From Eledone cirrhosa (taxonomy: Eukaryota), in NCBI GenBank assembly GCA_964016885.1, contig OZ024742.1, positions 294,872,001-294,936,000 of the forward strand: a stretch of 64,000 nucleotides of DNA. The letters run 5' to 3'. A program made the position numbers and the translations under genes. Every line of letters begins with the position of its first letter. The first letter of the stretch is position 1. The notes under the pieces are model-generated. The model saw only the letters and a program-made list of their open reading frames with translations, did no database searches and was not told the DNA's origin. Of the stretch, positions 42,362 to 56,411 are shown in pieces.

Positions 42362-43268
42362 TATGTACACATACATACATATATGTATACAGACGTACAG
42401 TAGTATGTATATATATATATACATACATGCACACATATATATATGTACGTATGGATTCACCGAACATTTATTATAATGCTCGGTGTGTTTGTAAACAAAC
42501 ATCCCGTATTAAGCTGTAGTGTATAGCAACCATCGTTGCTCATTTGTTCAACACTGACAAAGGAACGCTGTACTAGTTTCAAGCTTATTAGCTATCGTCA
42601 GCAACGTATACCTTCCTGCCAGATTGTTGAACGTATATACTTACCTTATGCATATTAACGGCTGAGTAGCCAATTTGCATATCGAGTGGGTTAATCGGCC
42701 GGGTGCACCGAAAACGATAAACGGAAAAAATGAAACGAAATTTCATTTCCCACTCTTAGTACGGCTGTTACTTAAATATAAGTATGTACACACACATACA
42801 TATATGTATACAGACGTACAGTAGTATGTATATATATATACATACATGCACACATATATATATGTACGTATGGACTCAGCCGTTAATATGCATAAGGTAA
42901 GTATATACGTTCAACAATCTGGCAGGAAGGTATACGTTGCTGACGATAGCTAATAAGCTTGAAACTAGTACAGCGTTCCTTTGTCAGTGTTGAACAAATG
43001 AGCAGCGATGGTTGCTAGACTCTACAGCTTAATACGAGATGTTTGTTTACAAACACACCGAGCATTATAATAAATGTTCGGTGAATCCATACGTACATAT
43101 ATATATGTGTGCATGTATGTATATAGATATACATACTACTGTACGTCTGTATACATATATGTATGTACGTGTATACATACTTATATTTAAGTAACAGCCG
43201 TACTAAGAGTGGGAAATGAAATTTTGTTTCATTTTTTCCGTTTATATATATATATATATGTATATATA

Positions 43269-43313
<45 letters not shown>

Positions 43314-43356
43314 ATATATATGTATCATCATCATCATCATCATCATCATCACCGTC

Positions 43357-43391
<35 letters not shown>

Positions 43392-43421
43392 GAAAAGTAT
43401 AGAAATTGTTGTAGCGAGAAG

Positions 43422-43463
<42 letters not shown>

Positions 43464-43949
43464 AAATGAATGAATATATATATTCATTCATTTCATTTTT
43501 CATTTCATTTTACGTCCGTTTTTTCCCTGCTTGCAAGGGTGGGACGGGAACTGATTCTGGCTTGATTTCTACAGCTGGATGCCTTTCCTAACACCAACCT
43601 CATTTACAGTGAGTGCTGGGTGCTTTTTTTTGCCGTGGCACCTCCACGACCACTTTACAGTGGAATGATAGGGACTGGGGTCCCCATCATCTCATTTCTA
43701 CAGCTGAGTAAACTGGAGCAATGTGAAATAAAGTATCTTGCTCAAGGAAACAACACATCACCCGGTCTGAGAATTGAACATGGTTGCTATACACTACAGC
43801 TTAATACGGGATGTTTGTTTACAAACACACCGAGCATTATAATAAATGTTCGGTGAATCCATACGTACATATATATATGTGTGCATGTATGTATATATAA
43901 ATACATACTACTGTACGTCTGTATACATATATGTATGTATGTGTACATA

Positions 43950-44004
<55 letters not shown>

Positions 44005-44175
44005 TCATCATCATCATCATCATCAGGTTTAGCGTCCGTGTTCCACGCTTGCATCGGTTTGGACGGGGTTTTTCCCACTTGAGGCAAGAGTGGTTGTCTT
44101 GCTCGCATAGGACTGTCTGGCGGGTTTTCTACAGTTGGATGCCCTTCCTAACACCAACCACATTTACAGTGTGCA

Positions 44176-44268
<93 letters not shown>

Positions 44269-44607
44269 GCACATGGCTTAGTGGTTAGAGCATTGGCCTT
44301 GCAATCGAAAGGTTGTGAGTTCAATTCTCAGACCGGGTGATGTGTTGTTTCCTTGAGCAAGACACTTTATTTCACATTGTTCCAGTTTACTCAGCTGTAG
44401 AAATGAGATGATAGGGACTGGGATCCATATCATTCCACTGCAAAGTGGTCGTGCAGGTGCCATGGCAAAAAAGCACCCAGCACTCACTGTAAATGAGGTT
44501 GGTGTTAGGAAGGGCATCCAGCTGTAGAAATCAAGCCAAAATCAGTTCCCGTCCCACCCTTGCAAGCAGGGAAAAAGCGGACGTAAAATGAAATGATGAT
44601 GATGATG

Positions 44608-44654
<47 letters not shown>

Positions 44655-45533
44655 TATGTACACATACATACATATATGTATACAGACGTACAGTAGTATG
44701 TATATATATATATACATACATGCACACATATATATGTACGTATGGATTCACCGAACATTTATTATAATGCTCGGTGTGTTTGTAAACAAACATCCCGTAT
44801 TAAGCTGTAGTGTATAGCAACCATCGTTGCTCATTTGTTCAACACTGACAAAGGAACACTGTACTAGTTTCAAGCTTATTAGCTATCGTCAGCAACGTAT
44901 ACCTTCCTGCCAGATTGTTGAACGTATATACTTACCTTATGCATATTAACGGCTGAGTAGCCAATTTGCATATCGAGTGGGTTAATCGGCCGGGTGCACC
45001 GAAAACGATAAACGGAAAAAATGAAACGAAATTTCATTTCCCACTCTTAGTACGGCTGTTACTTAAATATAAGTATGTACACATACATACATATATGTAT
45101 ACAGACGTACAGTAGTATGTATATATATATACATACATGCACACATATATATATGTACGTATGGACTCAGCCGTTAATATGCATAAGGTAAGTATATACG
45201 TTCAACAATCTGGCAGGAAGGTATACGTTGCTGACGATAGCTAATAAGCTTGAAACTAGTACAGCGTTCCTTTGTCAGTGTTGAACAAATGAGCAGCGAT
45301 GGTTGCTAGACTCTACAGCTTAATACGAGATGTTTGTTTACAAACACACCGAGCATTATAATAAATGTTCGGTGAATCCATACGTACATATATATATGTG
45401 TGCATGTATGTATATAGATATACATACTACTGTACGTCTGTATACATATATGTATGTACGTGTATACATACTTATATTTAAGTAACAGCCGTACTAAGAG
45501 TGGGAAATGAAATTTTGTTTCATTTTTCCCGTT

Positions 45534-45600
<67 letters not shown>

Positions 45601-45604
<4 letters not shown>

Positions 45605-45946
45605 TCATCATCATCATCATCATCAATGTTTAACGTCCGTGTTCCACGCTTGCATGGGTTTGGACGGGGGTAGTCCCACTTGAGGCAAGAGTGATTGTCT
45701 TGCTCGCATAGGACTGTCTGGCAGGTTTTCTACAGTTGGATGCCCTTCCTAACTCCAACCACATTTACAGTGTGGGTCTGGGAGGTTTTTACCGTGTTGC
45801 CTACACGGCCACATTACAGCGTGGACTGTGTTTTTTTGTCGTGACACCTACACGATCTCATTTGTTTCGGCCTGGATGGTGTGGCACCAACACAACTTTA
45901 CATAGAACGGGGTGGTGTGGATGGGGTGGGGGGGACGGGGGGGGGG
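45601..45946 (-). mobile_element. RTE family B 3' UTR fragment
   Basis: Colinear with 59365-59705; (CAT)n tail; stops at the G-run. Confidence 0.8.
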
Positions 45947-46039
<93 letters not shown>

Positions 46040-46764
46040 CTCTGGTTTATCCAAACTATTGAGCCCTCTGCCACACATGTCGAAGATTGTTTATCGTTAT
46101 TTCGTGGGCCGAGATTCTGATTCTCGATTATTTACTTGTATTAATCTCCAGGTTTTAGCTACTGACCAGTTAATTTTATTGATTTTTTAGTTGATCTTAT
46201 TGACTGATGAATAGCTCTTGTTTATTTTAACACGTCTGTTGAGAACTCTTATTCGATATGTGATTTTTTGTATTCTTACAAAATTTACACTTTACTGAAT
46301 TCTTTCGCCAAATATAGAGGTTCCCTCCCTTGCTGGACTACACGTGCGTTCAGTAACGGGTCCCCCTGTATTTTTGAACGAAACATCCGCTGAGAAAGCA
46401 GTTTCCTCGTTCATCTCTTTACTAGAAGTCAGATATATTTTTTTATGTGGGCTGACAGTAATTGATTCAGGAACTGCAGAAACCCAAAAAGCTAGAATTT
46501 AACATCCTTCTAGCGGGTCCGGATGAGTTTTTACATTCATTTAATTTATTAATTTATTAATTTTTTATTTGAGTGACCCAAATTTTCCTGGTCGTTTTTT
46601 TCGGCTGTGCGAATGATTTTAGGCATTGTCTCTATGTGTTGGTATTTTAACAATAGTTATAGCTCTGGTTTATCCAAACTATTGAGCCCTCTGCCACACA
46701 TGTCGAAGATTGTTTATCGTTATTTTGTGGGCCGAGATTCTGATTCTCGATTATTTACTTGTAT
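46040..46764 (+). mobile_element. Retrozyme-like non-coding element: 623-nt unit plus ~100-nt terminal direct repeat, in (TA)n
   Basis: ctctggtttatccaaact...tttacttgtatt occurs at 46040 and 46663. There is an internal HHR fold and no meaningful ORF. Confidence 0.75.
46384..46525 (+). ncRNA. Expanded type I hammerhead ribozyme with a G8A core change
   Basis: catccg-CTGAGAA-a-gcagtttcc(~60 nt)ggaactgc-a-GAAA-ccc-aaaaa-gctagaa(10 nt)ttctagc-ggg-TC-cggatg. Confidence 0.65.
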
Positions 46765-47114
46765 TTATATATATATATATAAACTTGTATGGGATATATA
46801 GATATATATATAGATAATTTTATTAAAACAACAGAAGGCCAGACTGGTGATATCCCATACAAGTTTTATTGTTTTATTGTTACAAAAAACACTATATATA
46901 AGGGATATCACCAGTCCAGCCTCATTTTGTTTTAATCAAATTAATATTTAATTCCATTCCTGCACTAGCAATAGGATGCAACATCAACAATAGATGAGTT
47001 GCATAATGTAGAGCGCTTTTCCTACTATTGCATCATGGTTAACTAAACAAAATGACCAGTTCTATCCATTGGTGAACCACAAAACATAAATGAATATATA
47101 TATATATATATATA

Positions 47115-47311
47115 CAGGGGGTGCTGAAAGTTCCTGGCTTGATCGTTGCTTCAAAGGCCTGGTTGGAGGCCCTAACTTCCGAGTTCTTTTTTCAGGGCTG
47201 CTGCAATAAGTGTGTGAATCTGTGAAGGGAATATGTTGAATAAAATCATAATTAACTGATCCTCCTATATTTTCTTTTACCCAAAGCCAGGAACTTTTCA
47301 GCACCCCACTG
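47115..47311. mobile_element. Mariner-derived MITE
   Basis: TIRs cagggggtgctgaaagttcctggctt / aagccaggaacttttcagcaccccactg, with TA flanks. Confidence 0.7.
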
Positions 47312-47629
47312 TATGTATATATAAATATTATTAAATTTTGCTCAGCTATCTCTGGTGAAATTTTATTTTAAGTAGTAGCATTCCTGCAACAATTAATTTT
47401 CTTTAGACATTAAAAAACATTATGCATGACAAAAAAAGTACATTACTAGAAATCCCATACATTATGAAATGAATAGAATAGGTTGGAGTCTCAATATATA
47501 AACTAAATGACTAATTCTGATTTTAATAAAATCAATGGAGACAACCTAGAAAAATTACCAATTTTCCAACCCCACCCTCCCCTGCTTATTCCAATCTCCC
47601 CTATTATTTGGGACCCGAGAGTATATTTC

Positions 47630-48590
47630 AAGCTACATTAGTAGTTATGTCTCTATCTATATCATTAGGTTTGTTATATGCTGTATAAGTAGCTTTGCCA
47701 CAAACTATATCAGTAGATATGTCACAAGTTGTGTCAGTAGATACATCACAAGCTATATCGGTAGTCATGTCACAGAGCAATATCAGTAATTACATCACAA
47801 ATTGTGTCAGTATCTGTCACAATCTGTTTCAGTGGTTATGTCACAAGTAGCTATGTCATAAGATTTATCAGGAGTTATGTCATAATCTTTATCATTAGCT
47901 ATGTCACATTCTTTATCAGTATCTGCATCAAAATCTTTATCAGTAGTTCAACCAAAAACTATAACAGTAGCTATGTCATAAGGTGTGTGAGTAGTTATGT
48001 CACAAGCTAGTGTCTATGACATAATCTTTATTATGAGTAGTCTGTACCAGTAATTGTATCACAAGCTTTATAATTAGCTATGTCAAAATCTATGTCACTA
48101 TCCATATCACAATCAATGTCACAGTCTACATCATTAGTAATATTATTTGGAAATGGTTGGTAAGGAACAATCTGAGACAGTGAATATTACAACCCATGTC
48201 CCAGACTACATCACATGTTACAATATATGTCATAAGCTACATCAGTAGTAAGGGTTAGTAAAGAAAGCTCTGTGACAATATACAGACTCTATATCATGGG
48301 CTATGTCATAAGCTACATCATAAGCTGTGTCATAAGCTACATCATAAGCTATGTCATAAGCTACATCTGTTGTAATGGTTAGTAAAGAAAGTTCTGTGAC
48401 AATATGCAAACTCTACACCATGGACTGTGTCATAAGCTACATCATAAGCTATGTCATAAGCTACATCAGTAGTAATAGTTAGTAAAGAAAGATCTGTGAC
48501 AATATACAGACTCTACATCATGGGCTACATCATAAGCTACATGATAAGCTGTCATAAGCTACATCATAAGCTATGTCATTAGTAAGGAAT
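47630..48590. repeat. Degenerate minisatellite (gtcataagctacatca / atcagtagctatgtcac motifs)
   Basis: Recurrent ~11-23 bp subunits, with a younger ~120-bp higher-order repeat at about 48230-48580. Confidence 0.75.
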
Positions 48591-48610
48591 GGTTATGACA
48601 AGACATTTAC

Positions 48611-48733
48611 TTGGTTTATTGTTTAGTATCTCATTAAACCTCTCCTCCACATACAATGTCAGCAGTTTAGAACTGGTGCCTGAGCAGGATAATTCTGGGG
48701 GGTTTACCCTTCTAGACACAGATACCAGGGTAC
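48611..48733 (-). CDS. Host gene internal exon
   Basis: Acceptor tttcttttaaaag, donor aa|gtaaat, 123 nt, phase 1/1. Encodes GTLVSVSRRVNPPELSCSGTSSKLLTLYVEERFNEILNNKP. Confidence 0.55.
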
Positions 48734-49124
48734 CTTTTAAAAGAAACATTTAGAAAATAGGGGGGAATTTAGATCTTGAACTTAAAGTGTTGTGTAAATT
48801 TAAAATGAAACATTAGAATTACACACACACACACATACACTAACATGCACACATATATATTCACACATACACATACACTGACACACACACATATGCACAC
48901 ATACAAATATATTGACACACACTCATATGCACACATACATATACTCTGACACACACTCATATGCACACATATGAATACACTAACACACATGCACATAAAG
49001 TGATACACATAAACGCACACACACACGCATCAATTTCTGTGTCATAGCCAACAGGTAAGTAAATATGTGCACCTATCTAATTATCTCTCTATTAGAATTC
49101 CTTTAATTCTACATTTGTAATGAT

Positions 49125-52100
49125 GCATACATACATACATGCATACATACATACACACATACATACACACATACATACATACACATATACATACACACAT
49201 ACATACATACACATATACACATATACATACATACACACACACATACATACATACATACATACATACATACATACATACATACATACATACATACACACAC
49301 ACATACATACATACATACACACATACATACACACATACATACACACATACGTACATACATACACACATACATACACACATACATACATACATACATACAT
49401 ACATACATACATACATACGTACATACGTACATACATACATACATACATACATACATACATACATACATACATACACACATACACACACTCATACATACAT
49501 ACATACATACATACATACATACACACATACATACATACATGGTGGCTGCCAACTCGTTTTCGAGTACGGCCACTACTTTATAACCATGTAGGAGAACCCC
49601 TACCGATACGCTGAACGAGTGTGACTTTTTAGTCCAGCCAGCAACTTGAAAACTCTGGTACAAACACTACACTTGTGACGATTATTGACACATAGTGCTG
49701 GGCCCATGGTACCATGTAATGACAAGTGCAGAGAGATCTCCAGATACAAAGCAATGCCTGTGCCGTGAAGCTTTTATAGTGAGCAAAGGCACTGCACAAA
49801 GCCAGTCCCACTCTCTTAACCAAGATGATATTTACCAAAAAGAAGAACAAGTCAACATCATTGGATACCATCAGGGTTGCAGGTGTTATATCAGAGTTTT
49901 CCTTCTCCTAGAATTCTGCCTTGACAAAGGCTAAGGGGTCATCTCTCCCGGTGATTTTGGATGGCCATTGACTCTTAAGAGCTCCTTTGCCCTTTGACAG
50001 GTTTTGTTTTTAGTCCTGCAGGATGTCCAAAGTCACCCTCCTCACCAAGAAACCTTAGTGGGGTTGCCAGTTTAGTCGCCAACGACCCGACCATGAGACA
50101 GGTTGTACTGGGATACATGTTACCAGTAGCACCAAGTGGTGACCTGACATAAACATACATACATACATACATACATACATACATACATACATACATACAC
50201 ACATACATACATACATACACACACACATACATACATACATACATACATACATACATACATACATACATACATACATACATACGTACATACATACATACAT
50301 ACACACATACATACATACATACACACATACATACACACATACATACATACATACATACATACATACATACATACATACATACACACATACATACACACAT
50401 ACATACATACATACATACATACATACATACATACATACATACACACATACACACACACATACATACATACATACATACATACATACATACATACACACAT
50501 ACATACATACATACATACATACATACATACATACATACATACATACATACACACATACACACACACATACATACATACACACATACATACATACATACAT
50601 ACATACATACACACATACATACATACATACATACATACATACATACATACATACACACATACATACATACATACACACATACATACACACATACATACAT
50701 ACACACATACATACATACATACATACATACATACATACATACATACACATACATACATACATACATACATACATACGTACATACATACATACATACACAC
50801 ATACATACATACATACACACATACATACATACATACATGGTGGCTGCCAACTCGTTTTCGAGTACGGCCACTACCTTATATCCGTGTAGGAGAACCCCTA
50901 CCGATGCGCTGAACGAGCGTGGCTTTTTAGTTCAGCCAGCGACTTGAAAACTCTGGTACAAACACTACACTTGTGACAATTACTGACACATAGTGCTGGG
51001 CCCATGGTACCATGTGACGACAAGTGCAGAGAGATCTCCAGATATAAAGCAATGCCTGTGCCGTGAAGCTTTTATAGTGAGCAAAGGCACTGCACAAAGC
51101 CAGTCCCACTCTCTTAACCAAGATGATATTTACCAAAAAGAAGAACAAGTCAACATCATTGGATACCATCAGAGTTGCAGGTGTTATATCAGAGTTTTCC
51201 TTCTCCTAGAATTCTGCCTTGACAAAAGCTAAGGGGTCATCTCTCCCGGTGATTTTGGATGGCCATTGACTCTTAAGAGCTCCTTTGCCCTTTGACAGGT
51301 TTTGTTTTTAGTCCTGCAGGATGTCCAAAGTCACCCTCCTCACCAAGAAACCTTGGTGGGGTTGCCAGTTTAGTCGCCAACGTCCCGACCATGAGACAGG
51401 TTGTACTGGGATACATGTTACCAGTAGCACCAAGTGGTGACCTGACATACATATATATACATACATACACACATACATACATACATACACACATACATAC
51501 ATACACACATACATACACACATACATACATACACACATACATACATACATACATACATACATACATACATACGTACATACATACATACATACATACATAC
51601 ATACATACATACATACACACATACATACATACATACACACATACATACACACATACATACATACACACATACATACATACATACATACATACATACACAC
51701 ATACATACATACATACATACATACATACGTACATACATACATACATACATACATACATACATACATACATACACACATACACACACACATACATACATAC
51801 ATACATACATACATACATACATACATACATACATACATACATACACACATACATACATACATACACACATACATACATACATACACACATACATACATAC
51901 ATACATACATACATACATACATACATACATACATACATACACACACACATACATACATACGTACATACATACATACATACATACATACACACATACATAC
52001 ATACATACATACATACATACGTACATACATACATACATACACACATACATACATACATACATACATACATACATACATACATACATACATACATACATAC

Positions 52101-52232
52101 ATACATACATACATACATACATACATACACATATACATACATACATACATACATACATACACACATACATACACACATACATACATACATACATACATAC
52201 ATACACACATACATACATACATACACACACAT
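49125..52232. repeat. Three long (TACA)n/(CA)n microsatellite blocks separated by two diverged copies of a ~610-bp segment
   Basis: 49539-50148 and 50837-51447 are near-identical direct repeats. Confidence 0.92.
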
Positions 52233-53239
52233 AAACTGGAAGCCACCTCGTGTCCAAGTACAGCCACTTCTTAGAACAAAGAAAGTTTTAAAAAACCCAG
52301 ATATTCACCAAAATAAGTTGTTGATGTTGCTGTCGCTGATGTCACCTTAGATGGCTCATCAAACCAGGAAGTGACTTACATGTCATACCACACAGTGTAC
52401 AGGTAAGTTTCCTGCCTGCTTCTGTCTGATTGGCATGGCATGCTTTGTGGTGCTGTGGGAACCCACCTGAAGAATGACACACTTTGGTACAAATGCCACG
52501 TGCAAAACCTCAACTATTGTACTTTCAGAGCATCTCCCCCATCTGCTGATTAGGTCACCTGGGTAACAAAATCTATCAACAAATTCTAGGGAGCCTTCAT
52601 TGTAACTGAGGCAATCTATTTTATGCCTGTTCTTAGTGTTTACTTCACCTGTGCATTTGCCACAAACAAAGTGTATCTTCCCATTAGCTTTCAAAAATCC
52701 CACTACATCTCTTGTTCATCAATAGATTATATTGTTTGCACCTTATGGAATTTTTACCCACCCCTTTTTGACACATTAAATAAAGCTGCTTTCCTGACAG
52801 TGTCAGCTTCCAGTCTTCTTTCCTACTTATTAGTCTTTGCTAAGTGTACTTTTAGGCCTTTCAACTCTAGGTATTTTCCCCCATGCCTCAGGAGTGGTGT
52901 GGGTAGTAGGGTAGTGGTGTAGTGTCCATAGTGTTTATATCATATAAACTCTAAAATAGATACTCAGAATATATATTCTCATTCTGTGTATACATAGTTA
53001 AGTATACAAATAAAGATATGGTGTGTATATATAGGTATATAGACAAATAAATATATTGTGTGTGTATATAGATATATGCACAAATAAATATATGGTAGTG
53101 GTGTAGTGTGCATAGTGTAGGTAATGGCGTATTGAGAGTAGTGGTTTAGTATGGGTAGTGTTGTACTGTAGGTTCTGGTGTAGTATGGGTAGCGACATAG
53201 TGTGGGTAATAAAATAATGTTTACTATAGGCCTGGAAAT

Positions 53240-55005
53240 GTCATTATGAGAGACTGATGAATGTGGAGAACGAATGGGACAGAGAGAAATTACTCCCAGC
53301 AGACCCAACAGAGGGACCAGCTATTGAGATTGATGAATATAGGGTACAAGAGGCAATTAAGGAAATGAAGAATGGTAAGGCTGCTGGACTGTCAGGGATA
53401 GTCGCTGAGATGCTGAAGGCATCAGGAGAAGTAGGCACTAAACTAGTTACACGCATCATCAATCAGGCTATATATGGTGGTGTCATACCCAAATACTGGT
53501 GCAGCTGTATTCTCATAAATTGCTACAAAGGTAAAGGGGATGCTCTAGAGAGGAGCAATTATAGGGGCATAAAGCTGATGGATCAGGTTATGAAAGTGGC
53601 AGAGAGAATATTAGCGCAACTGAGTAGAGAAAGGGTCAAATTAGATGAGATGCAGTTTGGTTTTGTGCCTCGGAAAAGTACAACAGATGCTCTCTTCTTT
53701 GTGAGGCAACTACAAGAGAAGTTCTTAGAGAAGAATAAGCCACTATACTTAGCTTTTGTTGTCCTAGAGAAGGCCTTTGATAGGGTACCCCGATCTGTCA
53801 TCTGGTGGTCCCTAAGGAAACTAGGTGTAGAGGAATGGCTTGTAAGGACAGAGAAAGCTATGTACAGAGGTGTTGTCAGTAAAGTGAGAATAGGAATGGA
53901 GTTTAGTGAGGAATTCCAGATACAAGTAGGTGTACACCAGGGTTCGGCCCTCAGCCCACTCATGTTGATTATAGTCCTCCAAGCCATAACAGAGGAGTTT
54001 AAGACTGGCTGCCCATGGCAACTTCTCTATGCTGATGATCTGGTTCTTATAGCAGAATCAGTAGAGGAGCTAGAGAATAAATTCTGGCTATGGAAACAGC
54101 AGTTGGAATCAAGAAGTCTGAGAGTGAACATAGCTAAAACAAAAGTGTTGATAAGTAGAAGAGAGGACAATACTCTGATTCCATCAGGGAAATGGCCATG
54201 TTCGATATGTAGGAAAGGAACTGGCATAAATTCCATAAAATGTACGCAATGCAGATCTTGGGTACACAAGAGATGTAGTGGGATAGCAGGCAAACTAACA
54301 GGTAGGGAAAACTACGTATGCAGTAGATGTACAGGGAAAGTTGGCAGTAGTAATCGCAGTGATAGACACATTTTTCCAATGCAGGTGGATTCTATAGAAG
54401 TGGTTGATAGCTTCCAGTACCTAGGTGATCAGATTAGCATGGGAGGGGGTGTTCTGAGGCCATAGTATCTAGAATAAGGACGGGTTGGAAGAAGTTTAGG
54501 GAGCTGCTTCCTCTGTTGACAAAGAAGGGTTTCTCCCTGCGTACGAAAGGACGGTAATATGATGCCTGTGTGAGATGCGCGATGCTGCATGGTAGTGAGA
54601 CATGGGGAGCAACTGCAGAAGATATGCCACGGCTGGAGAGAAATGAAGCAAGTATGCTCCGTTGGATGTGCATGAACGACCAATCATAGACGAGTTGAGA
54701 AAGAAACTATGTATAAGAGGGATAAGTTGTGGTGTACGGGAGAGAAGACTACGTTGGTATGGACATGTAATGCGCATGGAGGATGACCGCTGCGTAAAGA
54801 AGTGCCAAGAAATGCCAGTAGAAGGAAGACACAGTAGAGGTAGACCACGAAAAACATGGGCGGAGGTGGTGAGAGCAGACCTCAGATCGCTGAAACTCAC
54901 CGAGGAGATGACGAAGGACCGTGACAAGTGGAGAGATGCTGTGCTGAATAGGACCCGTCCAACCCTTGTAAGCAGGGAAAAGCAGATGTAAAATGATGAT
55001 GATGA
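53240..55005 (+). mobile_element. 5'-truncated RTE-clade LINE (family A) with RT and PHD-like finger
   Basis: ORF 53257-54465 carries RT motifs to LLYADD, then CSIC..CTQC..HKRC..CSRC. Frameshifts downstream; (GAT)n tail. Confidence 0.92.
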
Positions 55006-55220
55006 TCTATATATAGATATATACACAAATAAAGATATGGTGTGTATATATAAATATATACACAAATAAAGATATTACCTTCTGCTTTATATTTTATCTA
55101 AACCTAATTTCTATGGCTGGATTACCTCCAAGATGCCAATCCATACTATCCAATATGGTAGAGATTCACTAACTTGACAATATTTTGTGTTTACATGCAT
55201 AAACACACACATATATAAAA

Positions 55221-56058
55221 GTGTGGATGGGGTGGGGGGGGGGGGGTATTTTGTTAGAGATGCCTACTGACTGTAGTAGGTTTTACTTTGTATTTAGGTA
55301 AGGCGGGTCTTCTCTATTACTGAGTACCGCCAAAGGTCTCGGTCCAGTGACATTGTCTTGGAGAGGTGTAAGTGTGTGAGGTCGGAATTTATCAGCTCGT
55401 CCCAGGTTTTTCTGGGTCTGCCTATTCCGTGGCTACCGTCTATCTTTATTGCCCTGCACTTTGTTATACAGCTGTCGTCTTTCATGCGCATCACGTGACC
55501 ATACCAACGTAGCCTTCTCTCGAGTAAACAACATCTGATCCCTCTTATTTCTAATTTTTTCCTTAGTTCGTTTATGCTTTGCCGTTCACGTATATTACTA
55601 TTACACATCCAGCGGAGCATGCAAGCTTCGTTTCTCTCTAGTCTGCGTATATCCTCTGCACACAATGCCCAGGTCTCACTGCCATGCAACATTGCTGTTC
55701 GTATGCAGGCATCATACAGCCTGCCTTTTATTTTTAGGGAGAACCCTTTAGCGGCTAGTAGAGGTATAAGCTCTCTGAACTTTTTCCACCCAGTTCTGAC
55801 TCTAGCTACTGTACTTTCAGAGCACCCTCCCCCACTGCTGATTTTGTCACCCAGGTAACGGAAGCTGTCCACTATTTCTATAGAACCCTCTGCGCAGTTG
55901 AAAGAGCTAGTATTTTTTGGGCACTTGCTGCTACTTATTGCCCCAGAACACCGGACACATGTAAAATCTATGTTCTTAGTTAGCTTACCTGTGATCCTAC
56001 TACATCTTTTATGCACCCATACTTTGCATTTGGGACACAAAATGGAGTTTCTACCTAC
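55221..56058 (-). mobile_element. RTE family B fragment (ORF2 C-terminus)
   Basis: ORF 55294-56040 is highly similar to 59754-60500. Confidence 0.9.
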
Positions 56059-56095
56059 GATATGAATTAAAAATCTCTTAAAAAGAATATTTTAC

Positions 56096-56174
56096 CAGAA
56101 TCTAATATCTGTTTCTGAGATCCATTCTTCTGAGTCTGTTCTTTGAACAAATGTCTTGAATCACTGGAAGATTG
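56096..56174 (-). CDS. Host gene internal exon
   Basis: Acceptor atattttgcag, donor tg|gtaaaa, phase 0/1. Encodes QSSSDSRHLFKEQTQKNGSQKQILDS(G). Confidence 0.55.
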
Positions 56175-56371
56175 CTGCAAAATATGCAATGGGAGATAGA
56201 TGAATGTATATGTTAAGTTGACTAGCTGTAATGTAATGAAATATATATATATATCTAAGTTTGTATCCCTGAAAAAGGGTTGAAGCTTGACATGTCGAAC
56301 TTTCTTTTCCCTTTTCCATATAAGGCGTGAAACTAATAAGACTTTTTGTATCTATGTTTGTTGTTTCCTTG

Positions 56372-56411
<40 letters not shown>

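Larger units (their letters stand above)
36500..45600. repeat. Tandem array of four ~2.25-2.31 kb composite units (SINE A inverted pair, RTE 3' fragment, inverted pLTR-like arms with HHRs, microsatellites)
   Basis: Identical ORF landmarks at 36806, 39117, 41365 and 43620. Units differ mainly in microsatellite length plus a few substitutions. Confidence 0.95.

Noticed and set aside
36450-46190. Repeated short ORFs (MLFFAVAPP..., MPFLTPTSF..., YIYI)
   Set aside because: Chance frames in SINE and (TA)n sequence, repeated by the tandem array.
50040-50148. HDV-like ribozyme on the - strand
   Set aside because: P4-like hairpin, CTAA and a possible P2 are visible, but I could not build consistent P1, P3 and L3 by eye.
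48769-52350. Long MYVC/HTYI ORFs
   Set aside because: Translations of (TACA)n/(CA)n microsatellites.
56262-56355. Further HHR remnants (here, about 35900-36000, 15462-15505 and 7865-7905)
   Set aside because: Only partial core words; stems I and III are not supportable.
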